From the NCBI GenBank assembly GCA_964503465.1, contig CAZCYZ010000001.1:17583-81582 (forward strand): a DNA stretch of 64,000 nt. The letters are read 5' to 3'. A program made the position numbers and the translations under genes. Position 1 is the first letter of the stretch; every line of letters begins with the position of its first letter. This DNA comes from an uncultured Gammaproteobacteria bacterium (GTDB taxonomy: Bacteria; Patescibacteriota; Microgenomatia; UBA12405). Below are positions 8,719 to 16,959 of this stretch, one piece after another. The notes below the pieces were generated by a model, which had not been told where the DNA came from, ran no database searches, and worked only from the letters and a program-made list of their open reading frames with translations.

Positions 8719-9864
8719 ATGATTAGCCGCAATATTTTTCTTTCCTATCTTCTCTCATTCCTTCGAACCACTTGGTTTTGGCTTGGTATTTGGGTTTTCT
8801 ATTATCTTCGTTTTACCAACTATGCTGGTATCGGTCTTATCGAAACAGTTTTAATTGTCACTATGACTATTTTCGAAATCCCCACCGGTGCCATTGCCGA
8901 CCTTCTTGGTAGGAAAAGAACTCTCTTCGTTTCATTTTTTCTCCAGGCTATCTGCCAGTTTTGGATGGCCTATACCGGTAACTTAACTGGTCTTTGTCTG
9001 GCAGTTTTTATCGGTGGCCTTGGTGGCACCCTCTATTCCGGCACTATGGACGCCCTCGTTTTTGATAGCCTTAAACAAAACAAGCTTGAATCAAAATATA
9101 GCCGTGTTTTGGCACACAGTCAGACCATTCAGCTTATCTCCATGACTATTTGTGGTGTCATTGGCGGTTTTCTCTACCGTTTCGATCCTCGCTTGCCATT
9201 TGTCCTGTCCGGGGTTTGTTACTTGTTGGCCACCGGTATCACTGTTTTCCTAGTTGAACCGTCCGTTGATACCGATCAGTTTTCCTTTTCCAATTATTTA
9301 TTCCAAATGAAACAGGGATTTTCTCAACTTTTTAACCAATCAATCAGATCATTCATCGTCCTCCTTCTTGTCATCGGTGGTATTTTTGTCATTTCCTCCG
9401 AAATGCTTGATAGCATTTTGGGTTATGAATTCGGCTTCACTGACATTCAGTTGGGAGTTTTTACATCAGTCGTTTTTTTAATTTCTGCTCTGATCTCCCA
9501 ATTTGCTTCTAAAGTCAAAAACATTATTGTCATTATCCTCCCCGCCGCCATTGTCTACCTATTATCTCCGGTTTCTGGAGTTTGTCTTGGTGGTCTGTTG
9601 CTTGTAATCCGTCAGATCAGTGATACTTTTTTTCAGAATTATTCCTCTGATTTTATTAATCAACATATCGAATCAAAATACCGTGCCACCACTATCTCCA
9701 CTTTTAATATGGTCAAAAATATTCCCTATGTTTTCACCGCCGTGTTTCTCGGCGCCTTTATGGATAGTCTTGGTGCCACTACCTTTGCTTTCACCCTCGG
9801 CTTGGTGTTAATGGTTGTCATCATCGTATCGGTTAGTCGCAACAAGCTCAACCTTAGGTCATAA
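8719..9864 (+). CDS. MFS transporter
   Basis: EIPTGAIADLLGRK (motif A), about 12 TMs, RATTIS. Confidence 0.9.
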   Translation: MISRNIFLSYLLSFLRTTWFWLGIWVFYYLRFTNYAGIGLIETVLIVTMTIFEIPTGAIADLLGRKRTLFVSFFLQAICQFWMAYTGNLTGLCLAVFIGGLGGTLYSGTMDALVFDSLKQNKLESKYSRVLAHSQTIQLISMTICGVIGGFLYRFDPRLPFVLSGVCYLLATGITVFLVEPSVDTDQFSFSNYLFQMKQGFSQLFNQSIRSFIVLLLVIGGIFVISSEMLDSILGYEFGFTDIQLGVFTSVVFLISALISQFASKVKNIIVIILPAAIVYLLSPVSGVCLGGLLLVIRQISDTFFQNYSSDFINQHIESKYRATTISTFNMVKNIPYVFTAVFLGAFMDSLGATTFAFTLGLVLMVVIIVSVSRNKLNLRS

Positions 9865-9866
9865 CC

Positions 9867-9897
9867 TTCAGTTTCTTTCCAGTTTTCCATTTATAAT
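9867..9897 (+). promoter_or_regulatory. candidate OmpR-type direct repeat plus -10
   Basis: TTCAG-N6-TCCAG, then TATAAT at 9892 and ATG at 9904. Confidence 0.45.
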
Positions 9898-9903
9898 GAA
9901 TGC

Positions 9904-10335
9904 ATGTCCACTTGTCCTCGCGGCCTAATCAACGATCCCTACCCTGGTTCTTGCAGCCAATACGTTGATGTCAATCAGGATCAACTTTGTGATCTGTCCC
10001 AAGTCACTACTAGTGACTCTTCACCTCCACCAGTTACTGATTCTGTCCCACCTTCCATGTCCTTTGACTACACCCTAATTATTCTTTTTTTTATTCCTAT
10101 TTTCATTTACTTCTTTACCTCCAAGTTCAAACTTTTTTGGAATGTCATTCTTTTAATTACTTTTATCCCCACCGTCATTAGTTCTCTATTCTATGTTTTT
10201 AATATTTTCAATCCAACTATCAATCAACTCCATCTTTATTTTGGCACCGCCTTTCTAAGCATTTCTTTCTGCCATGTCATTTGGCATCTGCCTTACTGGC
10301 AAGGGATAATCAAAAAAATCTTCTTGGGAGTATAA
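9904..10335 (+). CDS. membrane protein with Cys-rich N-terminus (DUF4405-like C-terminus)
   Basis: CPRG..DPYPG.C..YVD....CD, followed by TMs containing H...G...H..WH. Confidence 0.65.
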   Translation: MSTCPRGLINDPYPGSCSQYVDVNQDQLCDLSQVTTSDSSPPPVTDSVPPSMSFDYTLIILFFIPIFIYFFTSKFKLFWNVILLITFIPTVISSLFYVFNIFNPTINQLHLYFGTAFLSISFCHVIWHLPYWQGIIKKIFLGV

Positions 10336-10343
10336 TTTTCTTC

Positions 10344-10682
10344 ATGCACTGGATCTATGCCCACCTGATAGGGGACTATCTTCTCCAAAATGACTGGATG
10401 TCACAGAACAAAAAACTTGCCTCCTGGCCATGTTTTGTTCACACCATTACCTACCTAATTCCCTTCATTTTTACCCCACTTGCTTGGTGGCAATTAGTTC
10501 TTATTTTTCTTCAACATTTTTTTCAGGACCGCTTCCAATTTGCTTATTGGTTCCTCCGTCTTAAGGGATCACCTGATTTTGCCATGCCTCCCACTGCCCC
10601 TTGGTCCCTCATTGTTATCGACAATATCTTTCACATTCTCTTTGTCGCCTTCATTGCCTGGTTGCCACAAGTGTTTCTCTAG
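10344..10682 (+). CDS. DUF3307-like membrane protein
   Basis: AHLIGDYLLQ, H..QD and DNIFH. Confidence 0.75.
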   Translation: MHWIYAHLIGDYLLQNDWMSQNKKLASWPCFVHTITYLIPFIFTPLAWWQLVLIFLQHFFQDRFQFAYWFLRLKGSPDFAMPPTAPWSLIVIDNIFHILFVAFIAWLPQVFL

Positions 10683-10740
10683 TGGGCATGCATGGAGTCG
10701 AACCATGGACCCCTCCGACGTCACGTCGGAGTGCTCTAAC
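10683..10740 (-). pseudogene. 3' fragment of a tRNA-like gene with palindromic anticodon arm
   Basis: Minus strand reads GTTAGAGCA-CTCCGACGTGACGTCGGAG-GGGTCCATGGTTCGACTCCATG-CATGCCCA. Confidence 0.75.
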
Positions 10741-11005
10741 TAACAAGTTTGCAATAACCATCACGGATTATTTTATCCAGTACAATTTTAGACTTTAATT
10801 TTTTCAGTCTAAATTCGACACTTCTTGCTGCCCGTAAACTTTGACACTTTTGACTAAACACTATCCTCCACGGAATTCCGCTTTTAGTGGCTCTTACTAA
10901 TCCAAGATTATGTTGTTTATTCAATCGTCTCTCTGGATCATTCGAGCTACCTACATAATATTTCCCAGTCAAACCACTCTTTAGGACATAAATATATCCC
11001 ACCAT
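10736..11005 (-). CDS. small GIY-YIG nuclease (UPF0213/SLX1-like)
   Basis: YIYVL...YYVGSS...RL..HN....T....PW...A...E..LK. The ATG immediately follows the tRNA CCA. Confidence 0.9.
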   Translation of the reverse strand: MVGYIYVLKSGLTGKYYVGSSNDPERRLNKQHNLGLVRATKSGIPWRIVFSQKCQSLRAARSVEFRLKKLKSKIVLDKIIRDGYCKLVS

Positions 11006-11082
11006 TGGTGGGTGTGCATGGATTCGAACCATGGACCCTCGACTTATAAGATCGATGCTCTAACCAACTGAGCTACACACCC
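11006..11082 (-). tRNA. tRNA-Ile (anticodon TAT/UAU)
   Basis: Canonical cloverleaf GGGTGTG..TCGAT-CTTATAA-GTCGA..CACACCC-A-CCA. Confidence 0.9.
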
Positions 11083-11091
11083 AAATTTTAA

Positions 11092-11144
11092 ATGGACCCC
11101 TCCGACGTCACGTCGGAGTGCTCTAACCACCAAGCTACATGCCC
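11092..11144 (-). pseudogene. 5' fragment of a tRNA-like gene with palindromic anticodon arm
   Basis: GGGCATGTAGCTTGGTGGTTAGAGCA-CTCCGACGTGACGTCGGAG-GGGTCCAT. Its acceptor strand is complementary to the fragment at 10683. Confidence 0.75.
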
Positions 11145-11267
11145 AATACTATGGAATTATATCAATTGTATCCTTCTGGTAGTATAAGTCGGGTGACTTA
11201 ATCCAAGAGAACTTTTATCGCCGTAGGCGAAATATAAATAAAGCGGATAATCGGAACAAAGTGACGA

Positions 11268-11304
11268 TATAAGATCGGTGCTCTAACCACCAAGCTACAT
11301 GCCC
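11268..11304 (-). pseudogene. 5' half of a tRNA-Ile(UAU), broken after position 37
   Basis: GGGCATGTAGCTTGGTGGTTAGAGCACCGATCTTATA. Confidence 0.7.
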
Positions 11305-11325
11305 AAAATTAAGGAATTATACCAA

Positions 11326-11580
11326 TTATCGACCTACAATAGCTCTCAGCACTCGCTTTTCCGCTGTAATTAAATTTCCCCCTTCCAACTCCTGCATATC
11401 AGTTCTTACTGTCTGCCATGCTTCTGTCCTGGCTTCCCTCGCCCCCCAGAACTTTCTGGTTCGTTCTGCAGGTTGTCCTATCACTTTTCCATTCTTGTCA
11501 ACTCCTTTGGCGGCCCTGCTCAACTGTTCATTAACTGCCCGAAACTTAGACAGATCACTCTCTAACTTATCACCAGGCAT
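11326..11580 (-). CDS. hypothetical protein
   Basis: 84-aa ORF between tRNA genes. Confidence 0.5.
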   Translation of the reverse strand: MPGDKLESDLSKFRAVNEQLSRAAKGVDKNGKVIGQPAERTRKFWGAREARTEAWQTVRTDMQELEGGNLITAEKRVLRAIVGR

Positions 11581-11607
11581 ATTAGTTATAAAAAATTAAC
11601 TTTTAAG

Positions 11608-11681
11608 TAGCAGGGGCGGGATTTGAACCCGCGACCCCAGCGTTATGAATGCTGTGCTCTAACCAACTGAGCTACCCTGCC
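11608..11681 (-). tRNA. tRNA-Met (CAT), elongator type
   Basis: GGCAGGG..CAGCA-TTCATAA-CGCTG..CCCTGCT-A. Confidence 0.9.
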
Positions 11682-11759
11682 AAGAATACGAAATTATATC
11701 AACTCACAGCCTTCTTGACTATTTAATCCGTCCCTATGATAAAATTCCCTGAATCTACC

Positions 11760-11829
11760 TGCGGGGTAGTGTACGGCTGCACGTGAGGCTCATAATCTCA
11801 CAGACCTGGTTCAACTCCAGGCCCCGCAA
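11760..11829 (+). tRNA. tRNA-Met (CAT), initiator-like but atypical
   Basis: TGCGGGG..TGAGG-CTCATAA-TCTCA..CCCCGCA-A. Confidence 0.8.
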
Positions 11830-12184
11830 ATAATTCCCACCACTGTTTCCAAGCTGGCTTCTTTACTACCTCGTTAACTTTGGGGTATAGGTTGAGATTT
11901 TTATCCTCCGGTGGCAACACCAACCAGTAATCATTCGATCCCCCAAGTCCCAGCTTGTCTCTGGCCTCTTGCTCCAAATACGCGCTACTGGTTGAATACT
12001 TAATCCTTTGGGTTAATTTTCGGTTTTCTTCAATCAACTTGTCAATTTTATCCTCATTTTCGGCTACTTTCTTGGTGGCTTCCCACAAATTCCCCCACTG
12101 TCTTATAAGGTTGACCCATATTGATATAGTTACCACCAATAACACCCAATCCAAAATTGACCTAAATAACCCTTTCTTCATCAT
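11798..12184 (-). CDS. septum formation initiator (FtsB/DivIC-like)
   Basis: TM helix plus coiled coil and YLEQEARDKLGL. Confidence 0.75.
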   Translation of the reverse strand: MMKKGLFRSILDWVLLVVTISIWVNLIRQWGNLWEATKKVAENEDKIDKLIEENRKLTQRIKYSTSSAYLEQEARDKLGLGGSNDYWLVLPPEDKNLNLYPKVNEVVKKPAWKQWWELFAGPGVEPGL

Positions 12185-12220
12185 TAGCTTGTAGATTGTC
12201 CTAATTTATGTTACTATAAG

Positions 12221-13093
12221 ATGTTTATGCCTGACCTATCATTAGAAAATGCCCTTGGCCTCTTCAGTAATCAACTAGCCAAAAAGGGTAAATCCAACAA
12301 TACCATTGTAGCCTACAAAGGTGATATCAACCAGCTCGCTGCCTATCTCCGTAGCCAGAATATTACCACCATTGATGCTATCGCTCCCAGCCATCTTGAC
12401 AGCTTCAAAAAGCACCTCATGGACAATGGCTACACTGCCAAATCAGTCTCCCGCAAATTAAACTCCATCAAAAATTTCTTCTCTTTTCTTAAGTCTGAGG
12501 GGGTTATTGTCTCCGACCCTTCCAGTACCATCAAACACCCCAAGTACGAAAACGATCTCCCCAAAGTTCTCAAACCCATCGAATATCGCTCTCTTCGTGA
12601 CGCCTGTAGAAATGACCTCCGAGCCACTGCCATCGTCGAGCTTATGCTTCAGGCTGGTCTTCGGATCAAGGAAATCGAAAACCTCCGTCTCGAAGATGTC
12701 AAAGACACCGAAGTCAACATTACTGCCTACGAATCTCATCCTGCCCGCAACGTCCCCCTCAACAACTCTGCCAAATCATCCCTTAAGCGCTATCTCGACG
12801 AGGGCCGTTTTGATTCAAAAGCTAAAAACGTTTTCGTCACCAAAACTGGTCGTCGTCTTTTGGCTCGAAACATTCGTTCCCTTCTTAATCGCTATTTTGA
12901 CAAAGCCGATATTAAGGACATTAAAGTTAATGACCTTCGCAATACCTTTATCGTTTTCCAGCTCAAATCCGGCGTTCCCATTGATGTTGTCTCTCAAGTT
13001 GTTGGTCACAAGCGTATCAGCACCACCGAAAAATACCTCGAACTCATCGATTCCAAAGAGGAATCCAAGGGCATCAAACTAAAAGAGCTTTAA
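12221..13093 (+). CDS. XerC/D-like tyrosine recombinase
   Basis: SAM-like N-domain, AGLRIKE, DLRNTF, VGHKRISTTEKY. Confidence 0.85.
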   Translation: MFMPDLSLENALGLFSNQLAKKGKSNNTIVAYKGDINQLAAYLRSQNITTIDAIAPSHLDSFKKHLMDNGYTAKSVSRKLNSIKNFFSFLKSEGVIVSDPSSTIKHPKYENDLPKVLKPIEYRSLRDACRNDLRATAIVELMLQAGLRIKEIENLRLEDVKDTEVNITAYESHPARNVPLNNSAKSSLKRYLDEGRFDSKAKNVFVTKTGRRLLARNIRSLLNRYFDKADIKDIKVNDLRNTFIVFQLKSGVPIDVVSQVVGHKRISTTEKYLELIDSKEESKGIKLKEL

Positions 13094-13117
13094 TTTAATA
13101 ATTAAATTAACCACAAA

Positions 13118-13438
13118 ATGAGCCAACGATTTGTCATTGAGGCCGACAATACCAAATATCCTGCCGCCGTTGTCCGTGCGGCCATTGAAGCTGCCGAGCG
13201 GTACGATGTTTTGCAACGCCCTACTCAAGTTACTTTTGTCCCTGCCCACGATTTTGGTGACGGCAGGTTTGTTGTCCGAGTCACAGTTGATGGCACCGCT
13301 ACGATTGTTCACGACCATTTCCGTTCAGATGGTACTCCAATTGCTAGGGGTACGAGCAGAGTATTGCGAGCCGGAGAAACAAGTAAGTCTCCTGTTCTTG
13401 TTAGTTTCTCCCCCCGGCTCTCTATTTCCTCTAGATAA
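13118..13438 (+). CDS. hypothetical protein
   Basis: ORF with plausible composition. Confidence 0.5.
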   Translation: MSQRFVIEADNTKYPAAVVRAAIEAAERYDVLQRPTQVTFVPAHDFGDGRFVVRVTVDGTATIVHDHFRSDGTPIARGTSRVLRAGETSKSPVLVSFSPRLSISSR

Positions 13439-13469
13439 TCAACCCCAAAGGAATCTAAAAGTAGTTACT

Positions 13470-13658
13470 ATGCCCAAAGATCATCTCAAACCCACTCCCG
13501 ACCAAATCCTTCAAAGGCTCACCGTTTTATCTGGTGAAGCCGAAAACAAGTACCTGATGACCAAAGACAAAAAATGGTCTCGTGCCGCCAACAGTATCAA
13601 TCGAGCAGCACAAAAAATCAGCGCAAGTCCCGAATTCCAAGCTCAACGTCCCAAATAA
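13470..13658 (+). CDS. small hypothetical protein
   Basis: MPKDHLKPTPDQ..., an internal ATG of the listed ORF. Confidence 0.5.
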   Translation: MPKDHLKPTPDQILQRLTVLSGEAENKYLMTKDKKWSRAANSINRAAQKISASPEFQAQRPK

Positions 13659-13677
13659 TTTTATAATCCCATTTTTA

Positions 13678-14211
13678 TCATCTCATAGCCCCGTAGGCCC
13701 TATCTCGATTCTCCCACCATAAAAGTTCCATAAAGATATTTCTTTTATCTCCTGGGTCAAAATTTGCCTCTAACCACCCTGAGTTATTTTCAACATTTTC
13801 ACTTCCTATCCCCTCCGCCATCCGTCTTAACGCTTCCGCAAAGAACGGTAATTGACCAGCTATACGTATGTCAGGTTCAACCATTGCGTATCTTGCTATG
13901 TCCTGCAATACGAGTGCCGTTGCATCTTCCAAACTCGCCACCGTAGTCACTTCGGTAAACATCTCTGCTGGTAATCTCTGGGCTAATTCCATTCCCCTTT
14001 CCCCAATTTTCCCTACCAACTCCTCGCGACTTGCTATCTTTGACAATTGTCCTCCCCATAGTCCTATGACACCGTTTTCAAATCCTCGCCATCCAGCGTA
14101 AACCCCAGCCTGGGTGGCATATCCGGGAACTCTATCCAAAAAATTTGTAACCGCTACTAATTCTGCAGATTTTGGAGGAAGTCTGTCTTTTGGTGGTTCG
14201 ACCATAATCAC
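13678..14211 (-). CDS. hypothetical protein
   Basis: Longest ORF in the interval. Confidence 0.55.
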   Translation of the reverse strand: MIMVEPPKDRLPPKSAELVAVTNFLDRVPGYATQAGVYAGWRGFENGVIGLWGGQLSKIASREELVGKIGERGMELAQRLPAEMFTEVTTVASLEDATALVLQDIARYAMVEPDIRIAGQLPFFAEALRRMAEGIGSENVENNSGWLEANFDPGDKRNIFMELLWWENRDRAYGAMR

Positions 14212-14242
14212 AGCTTAGCTTATAATCAGCCAAAATACAATC

Positions 14243-16573
14243 CTACAACCTCGCTCGCTTAGCAATTTCACTTTCTACAATCGCCCTTGGCCGGCCGTAT
14301 TTTAATGACGATAATTTCTTAATCATCTCAGCCATTTTGGGGTTCCCTGGTTTCTTTTTCTCCGCCGCCGCCACGTTAATCGAAAATGGTTTTTGTGGTG
14401 TTCCCTTTAGAAGTGTCTTCATATAAATTTCTCCCGTCCCCAAATTTAACAAATCATTCTCTCCAAACTCTGGCGAAAATTGTTTTACCAGGAATCCTGC
14501 ATCCGAAATCCCCACTCTAAAGCTAGCAATTGTTCCCACATTTCCAAAAACGGCATTTTTCACTTCGTCATCCATTTGGGAAATAAACTGGTTGGCCACA
14601 CACAAATTCAAATGATATTTTCGTGCCTCGCTCATAATCACCGCAAAGTCCTGAGTGGCAAAATTTTGAAATTCGTCCACATATAGATAAAAATCTCGCC
14701 GCTCTGCTTCCGGCGTGTCTTGTCGACTCATGGCCGCAATCAAAATTTTGGGAATCAACACCAACCCCAAGAAGGCCGAATTCTCCTCCCCAATTGTCCC
14801 TTTTGCAAGGTTAATTATCAAAATCTTTCCCTCATCCATTGCCTTCCGGAAGTTAAATGACGAAGTCGACTGACCGATTATGTTCCTCATCATCGTATTG
14901 GTAATAAATCGTCCAAACTTTGACACTATATAATCCAGTACTTCCGACTTGTGAAACTCGTTCGTTTGGGCAATCTGATCAGTCCAGTAACGTTTGACCA
15001 TTGGATCAGTTACCTTGGGTAGCATTGCCTGAACATATGATGGATCAGTCAAACATCGTACCACCTCAATAAACGTTGCCCCGGGCTCCATCATCACCGT
15101 CAACATAATATTTCTAATTGCATGTTCAAACCTGGGGCCAACAATCCCCGTTTTATACGGGTCGTACAGTTTATACATCAAGTTAATAATCGAACTTGTC
15201 ACAAAATCTTTTTGCTCGTCTCGATCACATTCCATTACATTAAAGCCCATCGGTCTCTCTGTCATTGACGGGTCAAAATAAATTACATCCTCAACTCTTT
15301 CCGGCGGGATTCGTTCCAGAATACTCTCGTAGGTGTCGTGTGGATCCACAAAGCAAACTCCCTTCCCGGCCTTAATATCCTGTAACGCCATATCGGCCAA
15401 CAGCCACGATTTACCCACTCCCGTTTGTCCCACGATATAAAAATGTCTTTGCCTATCAGTTTCCAGCATGCAAAACTTTTTTGTCACTCCACGGTACAAA
15501 TTATCTCCAATGTACAAGCCCTCCTGCGGGCTATCCACTGGTGCCGCCGCCTTTTTTGCCTTAAGCCAATAAATATTTGGTGTTTCAATTGTCTTGTTTG
15601 GGAAGTGGTAAATTGAGGCCAGTTCGTCGGTTGATAAAATTGTTTTGTTTTTCCACCAAAAAATTACTGGATATTTATAAATAAAATCTGTCATAAACAA
15701 ATGCTTTATCCTTATCTTCCTTCCAGACAATTTGTTCCATGGCGATTCAAGTTGACCAAAACAAGCCTTGATATTTCCAATATTCATTTTGGCCACTTCA
15801 GCCGATGGAGCGCAGGACACAATTCTGATTGCCGTCTCAAAACCAACCTTGCTACACTTTACCTCTACTGCCTCCAATTGTCTTGCGTCTACTTTATAAT
15901 TAGCCTTTTCAGGATTCGCTTCACTCTTTTTGGTTCCACTAATAAACCCTCGTCCACTTTTGGCCCACTCCCCATCAGTTGGTGATATCACCAACTGTAT
16001 CGCTACCGATTCACCCCTATCAAGTTTGGACAACGCTGAGGTAATCGATGATAACGGGTCAGTTGGAATTTCTTTATAAGTTTTTAGTGGATAAAACGGA
16101 GTTTTTTTGAGTCCTAGCCAGGCATATTCTACTTTCCCAGTTTCGGGGTAAATATTGGGTTCATCTACCACCCGTACGTCTGCTCCGGTGTAGGCACTAT
16201 AAATTTGTTTTTCCACCATGTCCTGATACTTTTGCGGCACACTAATATAAAAACGGATATCTTCGGCCGTCCCTACAATTTCCAGGGAGGCACTTTCTTG
16301 AGCCAAAAATCTTTGCAAAAACTTGAATCTAGCCGATTTGTACATACTCCCCAGGGAACTTAGTATTTGCTCCATCGCATCCACCTTCACCTCGTTGTCG
16401 TGTGGTAATGCTACTAATAGAGTCACTAATCCTAATGATTTCTTCTCTCGGTCTTTCCACCTATACCACAAGACCAAAGCATACCCCAATCCTCCCAACA
16501 ATATTCCCACCAGTGTTAATCCCATTAGCATCCAGATTAAGTTAGTCACCACCTGTTCTACTGTCTCAATCAT
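14243..16573 (-). CDS. VirD4/TraD/HerA-like P-loop ATPase (membrane-anchored)
   Basis: Walker A GQTGVGKS, FVDPH, Walker B LYVDEFQNF, EARKY, ANQF..Q. Confidence 0.85.
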   Translation of the reverse strand: MIETVEQVVTNLIWMLMGLTLVGILLGGLGYALVLWYRWKDREKKSLGLVTLLVALPHDNEVKVDAMEQILSSLGSMYKSARFKFLQRFLAQESASLEIVGTAEDIRFYISVPQKYQDMVEKQIYSAYTGADVRVVDEPNIYPETGKVEYAWLGLKKTPFYPLKTYKEIPTDPLSSITSALSKLDRGESVAIQLVISPTDGEWAKSGRGFISGTKKSEANPEKANYKVDARQLEAVEVKCSKVGFETAIRIVSCAPSAEVAKMNIGNIKACFGQLESPWNKLSGRKIRIKHLFMTDFIYKYPVIFWWKNKTILSTDELASIYHFPNKTIETPNIYWLKAKKAAAPVDSPQEGLYIGDNLYRGVTKKFCMLETDRQRHFYIVGQTGVGKSWLLADMALQDIKAGKGVCFVDPHDTYESILERIPPERVEDVIYFDPSMTERPMGFNVMECDRDEQKDFVTSSIINLMYKLYDPYKTGIVGPRFEHAIRNIMLTVMMEPGATFIEVVRCLTDPSYVQAMLPKVTDPMVKRYWTDQIAQTNEFHKSEVLDYIVSKFGRFITNTMMRNIIGQSTSSFNFRKAMDEGKILIINLAKGTIGEENSAFLGLVLIPKILIAAMSRQDTPEAERRDFYLYVDEFQNFATQDFAVIMSEARKYHLNLCVANQFISQMDDEVKNAVFGNVGTIASFRVGISDAGFLVKQFSPEFGENDLLNLGTGEIYMKTLLKGTPQKPFSINVAAAEKKKPGNPKMAEMIKKLSSLKYGRPRAIVESEIAKRARL

Positions 16574-16920
16574 TTTTCCTCTTTAAACACTACCTCTCCC
16601 TTTTTAATTTTAATCAATCGCCACACAAAGGTCGACAACCATCTCCCCGCTTCTTCAATTTTTTTCTTAAATCCATCACCAAAAGCCTTCCTGGTTACTG
16701 GCAGTACTATTTTTGGATTTTGCGGTTGTGTTGGGGTCAACAACGGCTGACCGGTGTCATCAGTCACCGTTGTTGTTTGAGCCTTTTCCACTTTTCTCAT
16801 CCAGGTTTCCACTTCTGGTGGCAATTTTTCCTCATCTCTAATCTTGTCAAGATCCCTAATCTCAAATTCTGGTTTCGTTACTTCTACTGGCGTCGTCAAT
16901 CTTTCTTTGCTTTCGGTCAT
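16570..16920 (-). CDS. conserved hypothetical protein
   Basis: Overlaps the ATPase start (coupled). Contains LPVT...G...RWL. Confidence 0.65.
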   Translation of the reverse strand: MTESKERLTTPVEVTKPEFEIRDLDKIRDEEKLPPEVETWMRKVEKAQTTTVTDDTGQPLLTPTQPQNPKIVLPVTRKAFGDGFKKKIEEAGRWLSTFVWRLIKIKKGEVVFKEEK

Positions 16921-16959
16921 ATCAAACAGTATAGGCTAACAATGCTACAATTTCACTAC

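Larger units (their letters stand above)
10705..11127 (-). mobile_element. putative tRNA/GIY-YIG cassette bounded by 36-bp direct repeats
   Basis: Exact repeat ATGGACCCCTCCGACGTCACGTCGGAGTGCTCTAAC at 10705-10740 and 11092-11127. Confidence 0.6.

Noticed and set aside
10683-10740. Functional tRNA-Val(GAC)
   Set aside because: It lacks the 5' acceptor strand, and the loop is a 9-nt self-complementary sequence rather than a 7-nt anticodon loop.
11006-11032. Extended N-terminus (MVRIHAHPP) of the GIY-YIG ORF
   Set aside because: This is translated tRNA T-arm sequence. The real start is likely ATG 11005.
11145-11267. Group I intron in tRNA-Ile
   Set aside because: Too short, no recognisable P7 core, and no 3' exon follows.
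10705-11304. CRISPR array (36-bp palindromic repeats)
   Set aside because: Only two copies 387 bp apart, tRNA-derived, and no cas genes.
12507-13082. Long alternative-frame ORFs (also 4188-4604, 58231-58698, 63164-63640)
   Set aside because: Shadows caused by C/T-biased codon usage that depletes stop codons. They overlap well-supported genes.
12221-14211. Prophage or integron at the tRNA-Met cluster
   Set aside because: No phage genes, att duplication, IntI patch or attC sites recognised.
14243-16573. Conjugative element/ICE
   Set aside because: A lone VirD4-like ATPase without relaxase or VirB genes, with host-like composition.
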